DNA of 64,000 nt from Candidatus Lustribacter sp. Its GTDB lineage: Bacteria; Vulcanimicrobiota; Vulcanimicrobiia; Vulcanimicrobiales; Vulcanimicrobiaceae. The DNA is taken from NCBI GenBank assembly GCA_965277805.1, contig OZ255842.1, positions 2,176,001-2,240,000 of the forward strand. The letters are read 5' to 3'. The translations under genes were made by a program, and so were the position numbers. Of the stretch, positions 1 through 9,473 are shown piece by piece. Every line of letters begins with the position of its first letter. The first letter of the stretch is position 1. The notes beneath the pieces are model-generated. The model had not been told where the DNA came from. It was given only the letters and a program-made list of their open reading frames with translations, and ran no database searches.

Positions 1-782
1 TTCTGGCGACCGGGTCCCGCGATGACGTCACCGGGCGGTGCCGTTCCTATAACCGCGACGCGATGCTGGTCGGCGTTGAGCGACGCGAGCAAATCGCCCG
101 CCCGCCGTGCATCGTTCGGAAGGACACGCCACCCGGCGTGCACGCCGGATGGGACTTGCAACGGCTGCGCGCCGGTAAACATCGGCGTAAACGCGGTGCG
201 ATCGCCCTGCACGGTAAAGATCGCAGTCATGTGATGACCGGTCAGCATCCAAGCCCAATCCGTTGCATCGGGTGAACCGAAGATGGATACGTAGTAGAAT
301 TGAGCGCCGAACAGCGTCTCGCCGTGCAAGTCGTGCAGCACGTCGTCGGCTCGCATGGCACCGCTCATTTTGTGATAACCCTGACTGCTCGTCGACACCG
401 CCAGGAGTTCGTGCATTCGCACCCGCTGCGCATCGGTCATATCGCCGACCGCGATTCCAGCGCGCGGGGACGCACCGGCGGGAAAGTTGCTCCATTTCGT
501 GCGCGCCGCATCGCCGAGCTGTGCATACTGACATTTGGCGCGCTGATCGCTCGTGAGTCCGGCGAGAAACGACCGTGCCGCGAGCTTCATCTGCCTGCCG
601 GAATAAAACGCCGCCGGGATTTCCCCAGCCTGCCACGGCGCGTGCGCGTTTGCTGCCGGCAACGATGCCCCCATCGCCGGAGCTCCGCCCAATGCGAGCG
701 CAGCAAGGCCGCCCGCGCCGAACAATCCGCGGCGCGTGGTCTTCACGGGCAGTGCATGCGAGTGCGCGTGATCTGAAGGCAT
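1..782 (-). CDS. DUF3500 domain protein with Tat signal, truncated at left window edge
   Basis: Own translation from ATG 782: MPSDHAHSHALPVKTTRRGLFGAGGLAALA... then KWSNFP, GYHK, YYVSIFGSP, WAWMLTGHH and TPMFTGAQP motifs typical of DUF3500; no stop before base 1, so absent from ORF track. Confidence 0.8.
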   Translation of the reverse strand, partial: MPSDHAHSHALPVKTTRRGLFGAGGLAALALGGAPAMGASLPAANAHAPWQAGEIPAAFYSGRQMKLAARSFLAGLTSDQRAKCQYAQLGDAARTKWSNFPAGASPRAGIAVGDMTDAQRVRMHELLAVSTSSQGYHKMSGAMRADDVLHDLHGETLFGAQFYYVSIFGSPDATDWAWMLTGHHMTAIFTVQGDRTAFTPMFTGAQPLQVPSGVHAGWRVLPNDARRAGDLLASLNADQHRVAVIGTAPPGDVIAGPGRQ

Positions 783-826
783 ATCGGCAGCGTACCCGGC
801 TCTTCTGAGACCACTCTGGGCAGCAA

Positions 827-2065
827 TTACCCGCGGCCGAGCGCCAACGACGCCGCCGTATGTTCGCGCGTCATATCGATGAACGCGGTGTGCAAGCGGG
901 TCGGCAGCCAGTTCGTGCGCGTCGTGATGCCAATTGCCGGCACCGGGCTGATCGCCGCGTACGGAATGGCCGTCAGCCCGGCGTCCTGATGCTGCAGCTC
1001 GAACGAGGTCATGAGCGTGAGCCGGTTGCTATTCGCGAGCAGGTGATGAATGATCGACACGGCTGAACTCGCGATCGGGGTGCTCGCACCGCGCCGTCCA
1101 CCGAACAAGCGGTCGAAGCACGCGCGCCGGCTCGAACCTTCCAAACCGATCACCCAGTCGTAGTTCATGAGATCGTCGGCCGTAACTCGCGTTCTTGCGA
1201 GCAGTGGGTGCCCGATACGCCCGACGATCGAATACGGCGTGTGCACCAGCGCCTCGGTTGAGAGGTCGCCGATCGCTTCCGCCAGCACGAGCCCGATGAC
1301 GAAGTCGACGTTGCCGGCGCGCAAACTCTTGAGCATCTCCGCCGCGTTTTCGTTCTGAACCGTGATCTCGGCCCGCGGATATCGATGCGTGAACTCTTCG
1401 AGCATCGAGGCCACGAGCGCACTTCCGCTAAGTGGCATGGCGCCCACGACGATTGGACCCGCAAGACCGCCGCGCACTTCTTCCAGCTCGCGAATGCCCC
1501 AATCGATCTCTTGCAGCGCGAGCTTCATGCGGCCGCCGAACTCGATGCCCTCAGGCGTCAGCGACATACCGGCGGCAGTTCGATAGTAGATCGGCCGCGG
1601 CAGATTGCTTTGCAAATCGCGCGCCGCGCGCTGCAACGACGCCTGCGCCAGACCCAGCGCCTGCGCGGCCTGCCCGAACGATCCGGTATCGACGGTGGCG
1701 ATCAACGCCCGCACTTGCGAGCGCAGGATGCGCGTCGTCATCGAGCGCGAGCCGCCCTTATCCGTGGCGCCGAGCCGGTCCAGCGCCTCTTCGAACTGCT
1801 CGAAAAAACGCTCGACCCGCCGGTAGAACATCTCCCCGAATTCGTTGAGGTAGCTGCCGCTGGCACGGCGCTCGACCAGCGTTGCGCCGACGAGCTGCTC
1901 GAGCTTTGCGAGGGATTGGGTTACCGCCGGTTGTGATAAGTTACAGTCCTTCGACGCGTTGCGAACGCTACGCAGCCTGGCTATGCTGTCGTACAGCCTG
2001 AGCTGCATAAAACTTATCGCTGGTCCGCGCTCGGCGGAGTCAATTTCAAGCAGAATCTTCAACAC
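827..2065 (-). CDS. LysR-family regulator with two tandem HTH domains (LigR/GalR type)
   Basis: Two HTH segments (SVRNASKDCNLSQPAVTQSLAKLE and SFGQAAQALGLAQASLQRAARDL) plus LysR substrate domain; start uncertain (GTG 2065 chosen; ORF track gives 2113). Confidence 0.88.
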   Translation of the reverse strand: MLKILLEIDSAERGPAISFMQLRLYDSIARLRSVRNASKDCNLSQPAVTQSLAKLEQLVGATLVERRASGSYLNEFGEMFYRRVERFFEQFEEALDRLGATDKGGSRSMTTRILRSQVRALIATVDTGSFGQAAQALGLAQASLQRAARDLQSNLPRPIYYRTAAGMSLTPEGIEFGGRMKLALQEIDWGIRELEEVRGGLAGPIVVGAMPLSGSALVASMLEEFTHRYPRAEITVQNENAAEMLKSLRAGNVDFVIGLVLAEAIGDLSTEALVHTPYSIVGRIGHPLLARTRVTADDLMNYDWVIGLEGSSRRACFDRLFGGRRGASTPIASSAVSIIHHLLANSNRLTLMTSFELQHQDAGLTAIPYAAISPVPAIGITTRTNWLPTRLHTAFIDMTREHTAASLALGRG

Positions 2066-2121
2066 ATCCGCGGGAGGGGTTGCCAAAAGTTTATCGCATC
2101 CTAGGTTCGGCAAACCATATA

Positions 2122-2135
2122 GAAAACATGTTTTC
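2122..2135. promoter_or_regulatory. 14-bp palindrome GAAAACATGTTTTC in the divergent LysR/operon spacer, possible regulator site
   Basis: Perfect palindrome seen in sequence upstream of the CAGGAG RBS; function inferred. Confidence 0.3.
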
Positions 2136-2156
2136 CTTTAGACAGGAGAGTTCCCG

Positions 2157-3143
2157 GTGAGTCGCAAGGTCCCGCTGAAGATAGCCATTGCGGAATTCCC
2201 GCACACCTCGGCCATCAGGAATGGTTCGATCCCGATCGAGGGGGTCGAGGCCGAGATCGTCACCGTCAACCCGCAGATCGGCGCCTTCCGCCGGATGGTC
2301 CGGGACGTCGAGTTCGACGTCTGCGAGCTCGCCCCGACGACCTACGTCATCGCCCGGGCCTACGGCGCGCCGTTCGTGGCATTACCGATCTTCGTGACGC
2401 GCCGCTTCCATCATAGCGGCTTGCTGGTGCGCCCCGACGCCGGGATCAAAACCCCGAAAGACCTCGAGGGCAAGCAAGTCGGCGTGCGCGCATACTCGGT
2501 GACCACCGGCGCCTGGACGCGTCAGGTGCTGATCGACGAGTTCGGGCTCGACTCATCCAAGGTCACGTGGGTCGTCGACGACGAGGAACACGTCACCCAA
2601 ATGAAGCTGCCGCCCAACGTCGTGCACGCGCCCGAGGGACGTTCGCTCGCCGATATGATGGCCGGCGGCGAACTCGTCGCCGGGTTCGACGCGGCGGCCG
2701 GCATCGGACGCACCGGTAATCCCACCGGCGGCTGGAAAGAAGTCGAGACGAACTATCCCGAACTCTTCCCGAACGCGACCGAACTGGAAACCGAATTCTA
2801 CCAGCGCACGCACATCTATCCGATGCACGGCACGATCGTCGTCAAAGATTCGGTGCTCGCCGAACACCCATGGGCCGCGCGTTCGCTCTTCGATGCGTTC
2901 TCGCAAGCCAAAGACGAGTGGCTCAAGCGCCTAGACGCCGGCGAGGCGACGACCGCCACCGACAAGCGCTATGATAAGCTGCGCAAGATCGTCGGGCACG
3001 ATCCGCTGCCGTACGGCATGGATGCGAACATCAAGACGATCGAAGCGCTCGAGTCGACCGCCTTCAAACAGGAACTCACGCCCCGCCGGATGAGCATCGA
3101 GGAGCTCTTCGTCGACCCCACCCACGCGCCGGCCTTCGCTTGA
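2157..3143 (+). CDS. 4,5-dihydroxyphthalate decarboxylase-like (OphC/Pht5 family, PBP2 fold), cytoplasmic
   Basis: FDVCELA, FVALPIFVTRRFHH, DLEGKQVGVRAYSVTTGAW, YPMHGTIVV motifs; no signal peptide; CAGGAG RBS. Confidence 0.75.
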   Translation: MSRKVPLKIAIAEFPHTSAIRNGSIPIEGVEAEIVTVNPQIGAFRRMVRDVEFDVCELAPTTYVIARAYGAPFVALPIFVTRRFHHSGLLVRPDAGIKTPKDLEGKQVGVRAYSVTTGAWTRQVLIDEFGLDSSKVTWVVDDEEHVTQMKLPPNVVHAPEGRSLADMMAGGELVAGFDAAAGIGRTGNPTGGWKEVETNYPELFPNATELETEFYQRTHIYPMHGTIVVKDSVLAEHPWAARSLFDAFSQAKDEWLKRLDAGEATTATDKRYDKLRKIVGHDPLPYGMDANIKTIEALESTAFKQELTPRRMSIEELFVDPTHAPAFA

Positions 3144-4168
3144 TGATCATCGACTGTCACGGTCATTTCACCAACGGCCCGCCGGAATTGCCGGCGTGGC
3201 GGAAAGCGCAGCTCAACGCGATCGACGATCCGTCGAAGATGCCGGTGAAATCCGACCTGAAGATCAGCGACGATGAGATCCGCTCCATCATCAGCGCGGG
3301 GCAACTGAAGATGCAGCAAGATCGGGGCGGCGACCTGACGCTCTTTTCGCCCATCGCGGGCCAAATGGCGCACCACCTTGGAAACGAGCAAACGAGTCTC
3401 GCCTGGGCCGAGCAGTGTAACGACCTCGTCTATCGCGCGGTCGAGTTGTTTCCGCAGAACTTCGCGCCGGTCTGCCAACTGCCGCAATCGCCGGGGAAAT
3501 CTCCGGGCAACAGCGTTCCGGAACTGCGCCGGTGCGTCGAGCAACTCGGCTTCGTCGGCTGCAACATCAGCCCCGACACGTCCGGCGGCCACTGGAACGA
3601 TCCGCCCTTCACCGATCGCTACTGGTATCCGCTTTGGGAAGCGATGTGCGAACTTGACGTGCCGGGCATGGTACATGTCAGCTCGTCGTGCAATCCGGCG
3701 GCCCACGGAACGGGCGCGCACTACATCAATGGCGACACGACCGTCTTCATGCAGTTCTTGCTCGGCGATTTGTTCACCGATTTTCCAACGCTACGTTTTG
3801 TGATCCCGCACGGCGGCGGCGCGGTGCCCTATCACTGGGGCCGCTATCGGGGCCTCTCGCTCGATATCCGCGAGCGCGACCTCGAACCGATCCTCGCCAA
3901 CGTCTTCTTCGACACGTGCGTCTACCATCAACCCGGCGTCGAGTTTCTCACCAACGTAATGCCGGTCGACAACGTGCTCTTCGGCTCAGAAATGATCGGC
4001 GCCGTGCGCGGCCGCGATCCCAAAACGAACGAGTACTTCGACGACACGAAACGCTACGTGGACGCTTGCACCAACCTCTCCGACGACGACCGCTCCAAAA
4101 TTTTCGAACGCAATGCGCGGCGCGTATACCCGCGACTCGACGCACGACTGAAGGCACAAGGACGCTGA
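3143..4168 (+). CDS. ligJ: 4-oxalomesaconate hydratase (amidohydrolase family)
   Basis: MIIDCHGH, MAHH, PVCQLPQSPG, VIPHGGGAVPYHWGR, FFDTCVYHQPG, LFGSEMIGAVRG are characteristic of LigJ; TGATG coupling. Confidence 0.88.
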   Translation: MIIDCHGHFTNGPPELPAWRKAQLNAIDDPSKMPVKSDLKISDDEIRSIISAGQLKMQQDRGGDLTLFSPIAGQMAHHLGNEQTSLAWAEQCNDLVYRAVELFPQNFAPVCQLPQSPGKSPGNSVPELRRCVEQLGFVGCNISPDTSGGHWNDPPFTDRYWYPLWEAMCELDVPGMVHVSSSCNPAAHGTGAHYINGDTTVFMQFLLGDLFTDFPTLRFVIPHGGGAVPYHWGRYRGLSLDIRERDLEPILANVFFDTCVYHQPGVEFLTNVMPVDNVLFGSEMIGAVRGRDPKTNEYFDDTKRYVDACTNLSDDDRSKIFERNARRVYPRLDARLKAQGR

Positions 4169-4171
4169 GCA

Positions 4172-5020
4172 ATGACCACCGTCGATATTCACCCGCACAT
4201 CATCTCGACCGACCAAAAACGATATCCGCCCAGTCCGCGGTTCGGCATCCAGTCGGACTGGTCGAAAGAGCGCCCGACGTCGGTCGATGAACTGATTGCG
4301 GCGATGGACGACGCCGATGTCGCCAAAGCGGCAGTGGTGCACTCCTCCACCTGTTACGGCTATGACAACAGCTACGTGATCGACTCGGTGGCCAAGCACA
4401 AGGATCGCCTTGCGGCGGTCGGCTCCGTCGACTTGCTCGCGGATGACGCCGTCGATCAAATCAATGCGCTGGTAAAAAACGGCCTAACCGGCCTGCGCAT
4501 TTTCCTCGGTGGCAGCACGGCCGATTTCGACACCAGCGCCCTTGCGGATCCGCGCTCGTTTCCGGCGTGGGAACGCGCCGCCGAACTCGGGCTCTCGATC
4601 TGCATTCAGGTCGATCCGCCTGGTCTTCCCGACGTGATCAGCATGGCCAAGCGTTTTCCGAACGTGAAGATCATTCTCGACCACCTCGGGCGTCCGGATG
4701 TCCTCGACGGACCCCCATACAAAAATGCCGAGAGCATGTTCGCGCTCGCGCCGATCCCAAATATCTACCACAAACTGACGCCGCGCATCATGGGCGACGT
4801 AAAAAAGGGGAAGGCCACTCCGGAGACCTTTTTCCCCAAGCTTGTTGACGCGTTCGGCGCAAAGCGCTTAGCCTGGGGATCCAACTTCCCCAATACTCCC
4901 GGCACGCTCGCGGAGATCCTCGCCACCGCGAAGGATCGCCTGAAATCCCTCAGCGCGGAGGATCAATCGTGGATATTCGGGCGGACGGCGCTGACGCTCT
5001 ATCCCGGACTCGCCAAATGA
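4172..5020 (+). CDS. Amidohydrolase_2/COG3618 lactonase (LigI-like PDC hydrolase family)
   Basis: VDIHPH, YGYDNSY, LDHLGRP, LAWGSNFP motifs; lig context. Confidence 0.72.
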   Translation: MTTVDIHPHIISTDQKRYPPSPRFGIQSDWSKERPTSVDELIAAMDDADVAKAAVVHSSTCYGYDNSYVIDSVAKHKDRLAAVGSVDLLADDAVDQINALVKNGLTGLRIFLGGSTADFDTSALADPRSFPAWERAAELGLSICIQVDPPGLPDVISMAKRFPNVKIILDHLGRPDVLDGPPYKNAESMFALAPIPNIYHKLTPRIMGDVKKGKATPETFFPKLVDAFGAKRLAWGSNFPNTPGTLAEILATAKDRLKSLSAEDQSWIFGRTALTLYPGLAK

Positions 5021-5817
5021 GTGCGGTCAAGCTTGCCGTGCGCGACGTGAAGAAAACCTTTCGCGTCCGCGGCCGCACCCGCGCGGAGGACACGCTGCTC
5101 AACGTTTTGGGCGGGGTGAGTTTCGATGCGCGCGACGGCGAGATCGTCTCGCTGATCGGCGAGAGCGGCTGCGGTAAGACGACCTTGCTGCGCATCATCC
5201 AAGGGCTCACCAAGATGGACGCGGGTTCGGTCGCCATCGACGGCGTTCCGGTCACGCGTCCGGGCCGCAATCGCGGGCTCGTCTTCCAACAGCCCAATCT
5301 GCTGCCGTGGCGTTCGGCTCTGGCCAACGTCGAGTTCGGTATGGAACTCATGGCCCTCCCGAACGCGGACCGGCACGAACGCGCGAAGGCGCTGCTCGAG
5401 CTCGTCGGCTTGGGGCAATCGGCCAATCAATTTCCGCACCAGCTTTCCGGCGGCATGCAGCAACGCATCGGCCTCGCGCGGGCACTCGCGATCGACCCGC
5501 AAATTCTCCTGATGGACGAACCGTTCAGCGCGCTCGACGCGCAGACGCGCGAGGTGCTGCAAGCCGAGCTCTTGCGGATCCACGACGCGACGGGCAAAAC
5601 GACGCTCTTCGTCACCCACGATCTCGACGAAGCGATCTATCTCAGCGACCGCATCGTCTGCCTCGCGGCACGCCCCGGACGCGTCAAGAAAATCATCGAC
5701 GTGCCCTTCCCGCGTCCGCGCCCGCTGTTGCCCGAACTGCGGGGCAATAGCGCGTTCCAAGAGATTCGCGCCGAGATCTGGGGCCTGATTCGAGGGTCCG
5801 AGGTCGCGGCCGCATGA
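5017..5817 (+). CDS. NitT/TauT ABC transporter ATP-binding protein
   Basis: GESGCGKT, LSGGMQQR, LLMDEPF; ATGA overlap start at 5017. Confidence 0.93.
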   Translation: MSAVKLAVRDVKKTFRVRGRTRAEDTLLNVLGGVSFDARDGEIVSLIGESGCGKTTLLRIIQGLTKMDAGSVAIDGVPVTRPGRNRGLVFQQPNLLPWRSALANVEFGMELMALPNADRHERAKALLELVGLGQSANQFPHQLSGGMQQRIGLARALAIDPQILLMDEPFSALDAQTREVLQAELLRIHDATGKTTLFVTHDLDEAIYLSDRIVCLAARPGRVKKIIDVPFPRPRPLLPELRGNSAFQEIRAEIWGLIRGSEVAAA

Positions 5818-6638
5818 CCGTCGCGACGATGCCCGCCGACGACGCAACGGTCGAGGCCCCTGAAGAGATCGTCTCGCCGGCGCGCGCCAAGAACCTCGCC
5901 TGGCTCGTTCGCCTCGCGTCGATCGTCGTGGTGTTTACGATTTGGGAGATCGGCGGACGCCAGATCAACCCGCTGTTCATGTCTTACCCCACGGCGATCA
6001 TTCAAGCCGGCATCACGATGACGCTCAGCGGCGAGCTGCTGCCCGCGCTCTTGAGCAGCTTACACACGCTGCTCCTCGGCTTTGTCATTGCGTCGGTGAT
6101 CGGCATCGTGTTTGGTCTCTTGATCGGCCGCTACCGTTACGTCGATGCCGCGACCGACTGGATCGTCAATGCGCTCTATGCGACGCCGCTGATCGCGCTG
6201 ATTCCCCTCGTCGTGCTGTGGCTAGGTCTCGGCGACGCGGCGAAGCTCCTGATCGTCACGCTGATGGCCGTCTTTCCAATTCTCATCAACACGTCGACCG
6301 GCGTGCGCAACGTTCCATCCGCGCTCATCGACGTCAGCACGGCATTCGATGCGACCGAGCGTCAGGTGTTCACGAAGATCATTCTGCCCGCATCGTTACC
6401 GTATATGATGACGGGCTTGCGCCTGGGCATCGGCCGCGCGATCATCGCGATGGTTGCGGCGGAATTCTTTACCTCGATCACCGGGCTCGGCGCGCTAATC
6501 GTAAAGTACGGCAATCAATACGCCACCGCTGCGATGTTCGTGCCGATCCTGATCCTGATGCTGCTGGGCGTCGGTCTCACCACGCTCGTGCGCTATGCCG
6601 AAGAGCGCATCGCGCCGTGGCGTGCGGTGGACGAATAG
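5814..6638 (+). CDS. NitT/TauT ABC transporter permease
   Basis: Multiple TM helices, ILPASLPYMMTGLRLG motif. Confidence 0.92.
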   Translation: MTVATMPADDATVEAPEEIVSPARAKNLAWLVRLASIVVVFTIWEIGGRQINPLFMSYPTAIIQAGITMTLSGELLPALLSSLHTLLLGFVIASVIGIVFGLLIGRYRYVDAATDWIVNALYATPLIALIPLVVLWLGLGDAAKLLIVTLMAVFPILINTSTGVRNVPSALIDVSTAFDATERQVFTKIILPASLPYMMTGLRLGIGRAIIAMVAAEFFTSITGLGALIVKYGNQYATAAMFVPILILMLLGVGLTTLVRYAEERIAPWRAVDE

Positions 6639-7618
6639 TGGCGCAGATCGTCTTCGGTATGTGCGCGCCGCACAGCGGCATGCAAGGCCAACCGCCCGAG
6701 GAGTGGCTCTCCAACGGCGCGCGCGACCGCCGCAATCCCGAGCTGTGGTACCGCAACCGTACCTGGACCTACCCCGAACTCGAAGCCGAACGTGCGGGCC
6801 AAGGCATCGACGCCTACCTCACGCCCGAAGAGCTCAGCATGCGCGCCGAGCGCTGCCGGGCGGCGATCGCCGAGATGCACGCGGCCTACGAGGCGGCGAA
6901 CGTTGACGCGGTCGTTATCCTCGGCAAGGATCAAAAAGAGATCTTCATTGATTCCTCACCGAGCATCGCGGTCTACAGCGGCGCCGACATCTACAACGGG
7001 CCGCCCCAGCGCCCGGTATTCGCACCCGATCACGCCGTCACGTATCCGGCGCATCCCAAGCTCGCGCTGCACTTGATCCGATCGCTCCAGCGCGACGGCT
7101 TCGATCTCACCGATCTCATCAGCTGGCCGCCCAACACATGGCAGCTGGGCAAACCGATCGTGCCGCACGCGTTCGGCTTCATCTACCGGCAGATCATGGG
7201 CGACCGGGTGGTTCCCAACGTGCCGATCCTGATCAACACGTTCTATCCGCCCACGCAGCCCTCGATGCCACGCGCGATCGCGTTCGGAAAATCGCTGCTT
7301 GCCGCGATCAAGGCCTGGGGCGGCGATAAACGCGTCGCGGTCATCGCCTCGGGCGGGCTCACGCACTTCGTGTGCGACGAGCCGCAGGACCAAACGTTCA
7401 TCGCCGCGCTCGGCAGCTACGATTTCGATACGCTGGCAGCGATCGACGATCGCACCTACCAATCGGGCACCTCCGAAGTGAAGCTCTACACGGCCGTCCT
7501 GGCCGCGATGCAAGACGCCGGGGCGAAGATGACGCTGGTCGATTACATTCCGTGTTACCGCACGCCGGCCGGCACGGGCGAAGGCATGGGCTACATGTAC
7601 TGGAGGACGCCACAATGA
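6638..7618 (+). CDS. desZ: DesZ-like class III extradiol dioxygenase (3-O-methylgallate 3,4-dioxygenase family)
   Basis: GTG 6638 MAQIVFGMCAPH; LGKDQKEIF, PHAFGFIYRQIM, NTFYPP, ASGGLTHFV, GTSEVK and DYIPCYRTPAGTG match the DesZ pattern as recalled. Confidence 0.75.
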   Translation: MAQIVFGMCAPHSGMQGQPPEEWLSNGARDRRNPELWYRNRTWTYPELEAERAGQGIDAYLTPEELSMRAERCRAAIAEMHAAYEAANVDAVVILGKDQKEIFIDSSPSIAVYSGADIYNGPPQRPVFAPDHAVTYPAHPKLALHLIRSLQRDGFDLTDLISWPPNTWQLGKPIVPHAFGFIYRQIMGDRVVPNVPILINTFYPPTQPSMPRAIAFGKSLLAAIKAWGGDKRVAVIASGGLTHFVCDEPQDQTFIAALGSYDFDTLAAIDDRTYQSGTSEVKLYTAVLAAMQDAGAKMTLVDYIPCYRTPAGTGEGMGYMYWRTPQ

Positions 7619-8613
7619 CCGATCGTCGCGATTTTCTTGCCGGCAGCTTGGGTCTCGCCGGCTTGACGCTCGCCGGTTGCGCCTCGAGCGGCAGCGCCGG
7701 CTCGCTCGGCGTCGTGATGACGTCGGGCACGTCGGGCCTGACGCTGCATCAGATGGCGAAAGACCAAGGCATCTATAAGAAGTACGGCGTCGACCCGCAA
7801 GTCACGCTGGTGAGCGACGGCACGAAGTGCGTCGCGGCGCTGATCAGCGGCGCGGCCGACGTCTGCGCCTGGTCGGGCTTCAACCAGCTCACGCCCGCGA
7901 TCGAGAAGGGGGCGACGATCAAGATCCTCGCCGGCTCCCTCAACCTCGCCTCGCTCTGCATGTACTCCGGCAAGCCCGAGATCAAATCGGTCAAGGACCT
8001 TGCCGGGAAAACGATCGGCATCGGCTCGCCGGGCTCCGTGCTTCAGCAAATGACGGTGCTCTTGCTCAAGAAGAGCGGCGTCGACCAATCCGCCATCACC
8101 TTTCGCAACGTCGGCAGCAACGCCGATATCTTCCGCGCGGTAGCGGCAAAAACGGTCGACGCCGGCCTCTCCGATGTCGACGTTTTCGATCAACAGGCAA
8201 AGTTCGGCGTGCACGACTTGCCCGATGGTCTGCTGTGGCAGCAGATTCCCGAATACACGAACCAAGGCACGTACGCATCGGACAAAGCCATCGCTGCAAA
8301 ACGCGACCTGATCGTGCGGGTTTTAGCCGCCTGGGCGGCCGCATACCGGTTCGTTCAAAGTCCGGACTCCAAAGCGGCTTTCGTCGCGGCGCGCGCGACG
8401 GTGGTCGGCAAAAACGAGGAGGCACACGCGGTGAGTCAGTGGACCTGGATTCAAAAGAACAAGCCCTATGCGATCGGCCTGACGCTGAGCGATCGGCAGA
8501 TCGACTACGTCCAGCAAGTCAACGTTGACTTCAAGGTGCAGAAGGCGGTCCTGCCGATCACGCAAGTGGCCGACATGGGACCGGCGCGCGATGCATTGAA
8601 GATGCTGACATGA
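7615..8613 (+). CDS. NitT/TauT ABC solute-binding lipoprotein (Tat)
   Basis: MTDRRDFL...LAGC signal; VKDLAGKTIGI motif. Confidence 0.88.
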   Translation: MTDRRDFLAGSLGLAGLTLAGCASSGSAGSLGVVMTSGTSGLTLHQMAKDQGIYKKYGVDPQVTLVSDGTKCVAALISGAADVCAWSGFNQLTPAIEKGATIKILAGSLNLASLCMYSGKPEIKSVKDLAGKTIGIGSPGSVLQQMTVLLLKKSGVDQSAITFRNVGSNADIFRAVAAKTVDAGLSDVDVFDQQAKFGVHDLPDGLLWQQIPEYTNQGTYASDKAIAAKRDLIVRVLAAWAAAYRFVQSPDSKAAFVAARATVVGKNEEAHAVSQWTWIQKNKPYAIGLTLSDRQIDYVQQVNVDFKVQKAVLPITQVADMGPARDALKMLT

Positions 8614-9470
8614 GCGACATTCCGCGCCTTAACGGCATCATCCGCGCCCTCGAATCGGGCAAGCCCGCCTTCACGAGCTTCGCCAAGCTCGACAAACAGA
8701 CGGCGATCGACATGAGCGACTCCCCGTATGACGGCATCGTCTACGAGATGGAGCACAATCCCTACGACATCAGCGCGCTGACCGACGCGCTGCAGTACAT
8801 GCTCAATCGCGGTCAAATCTTGAAGGCCGGCTCGCCCGCGCCCGCCGTCACGCCGATCGCGCGCATCCCCGCCAATGGTGCGGAGATGAATCAGTCATTC
8901 TCAAAGCAAGTGCTCGACCGCGGCGTGTACGGCGTGATCTGGCCGCACATCAACAACGTGGCACAAGCCTACAACGCGGTCGCGTCATGCCGCTACGGCC
9001 GCCCGAAGAACGCGCCGCTTTATGAGCCGCAAGGCAAACGCGGTGACGGCCCGATGTCCGCCGCGCGTTATTGGGGATTGACGCAGGCGGAATACTACAG
9101 CCGCGCCGACGTTTGGCCGCTCGCGCCGCAAGGCGAGATCTTCGTCATGCTGATGATCGAGAGCGTGGCCGGCATCGAGAACCTCGATGACATCCTCGCG
9201 AACGTTCCCGGTGTCGGCGGCGTCCTGATCGGCGAAGGCGACCTCTCGCAAGAACTCGGCTACGCTCGCCAGTACGAACATCCGATCGTGCTCGAAGCGA
9301 TGGCCAAGATCGTGGCGTCGTGCAAGAAACACAACGTCGTGGTCGGCCATCCACACGTCACCGCGGCGAACCTCGACCGGCTTCTCGAAGAGGGCTATCG
9401 CTTCCTGATGTCTGCCCCGTCGCGCAGTTTCGGCGTGGTCGGCAAGGCGCGCGAGATGGCCGGCTACTAA
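8610..9470 (+). CDS. HpcH/HpaI aldolase family protein
   Basis: EMEH, VLDRGVYGVIWPH, LMIES, IGEGDLS motifs. Confidence 0.88.
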   Translation: MSDIPRLNGIIRALESGKPAFTSFAKLDKQTAIDMSDSPYDGIVYEMEHNPYDISALTDALQYMLNRGQILKAGSPAPAVTPIARIPANGAEMNQSFSKQVLDRGVYGVIWPHINNVAQAYNAVASCRYGRPKNAPLYEPQGKRGDGPMSAARYWGLTQAEYYSRADVWPLAPQGEIFVMLMIESVAGIENLDDILANVPGVGGVLIGEGDLSQELGYARQYEHPIVLEAMAKIVASCKKHNVVVGHPHVTAANLDRLLEEGYRFLMSAPSRSFGVVGKAREMAGY

Positions 9471-9473
9471 CGT

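Noticed and set aside
5942-7618. Long ORF-track calls as fusion proteins (also 7372, 12998, 20578, 44904, 56822, 63501 starts)
   Set aside because: The N-terminal extensions are off-frame reads of the upstream gene; family similarity begins at downstream coupled starts
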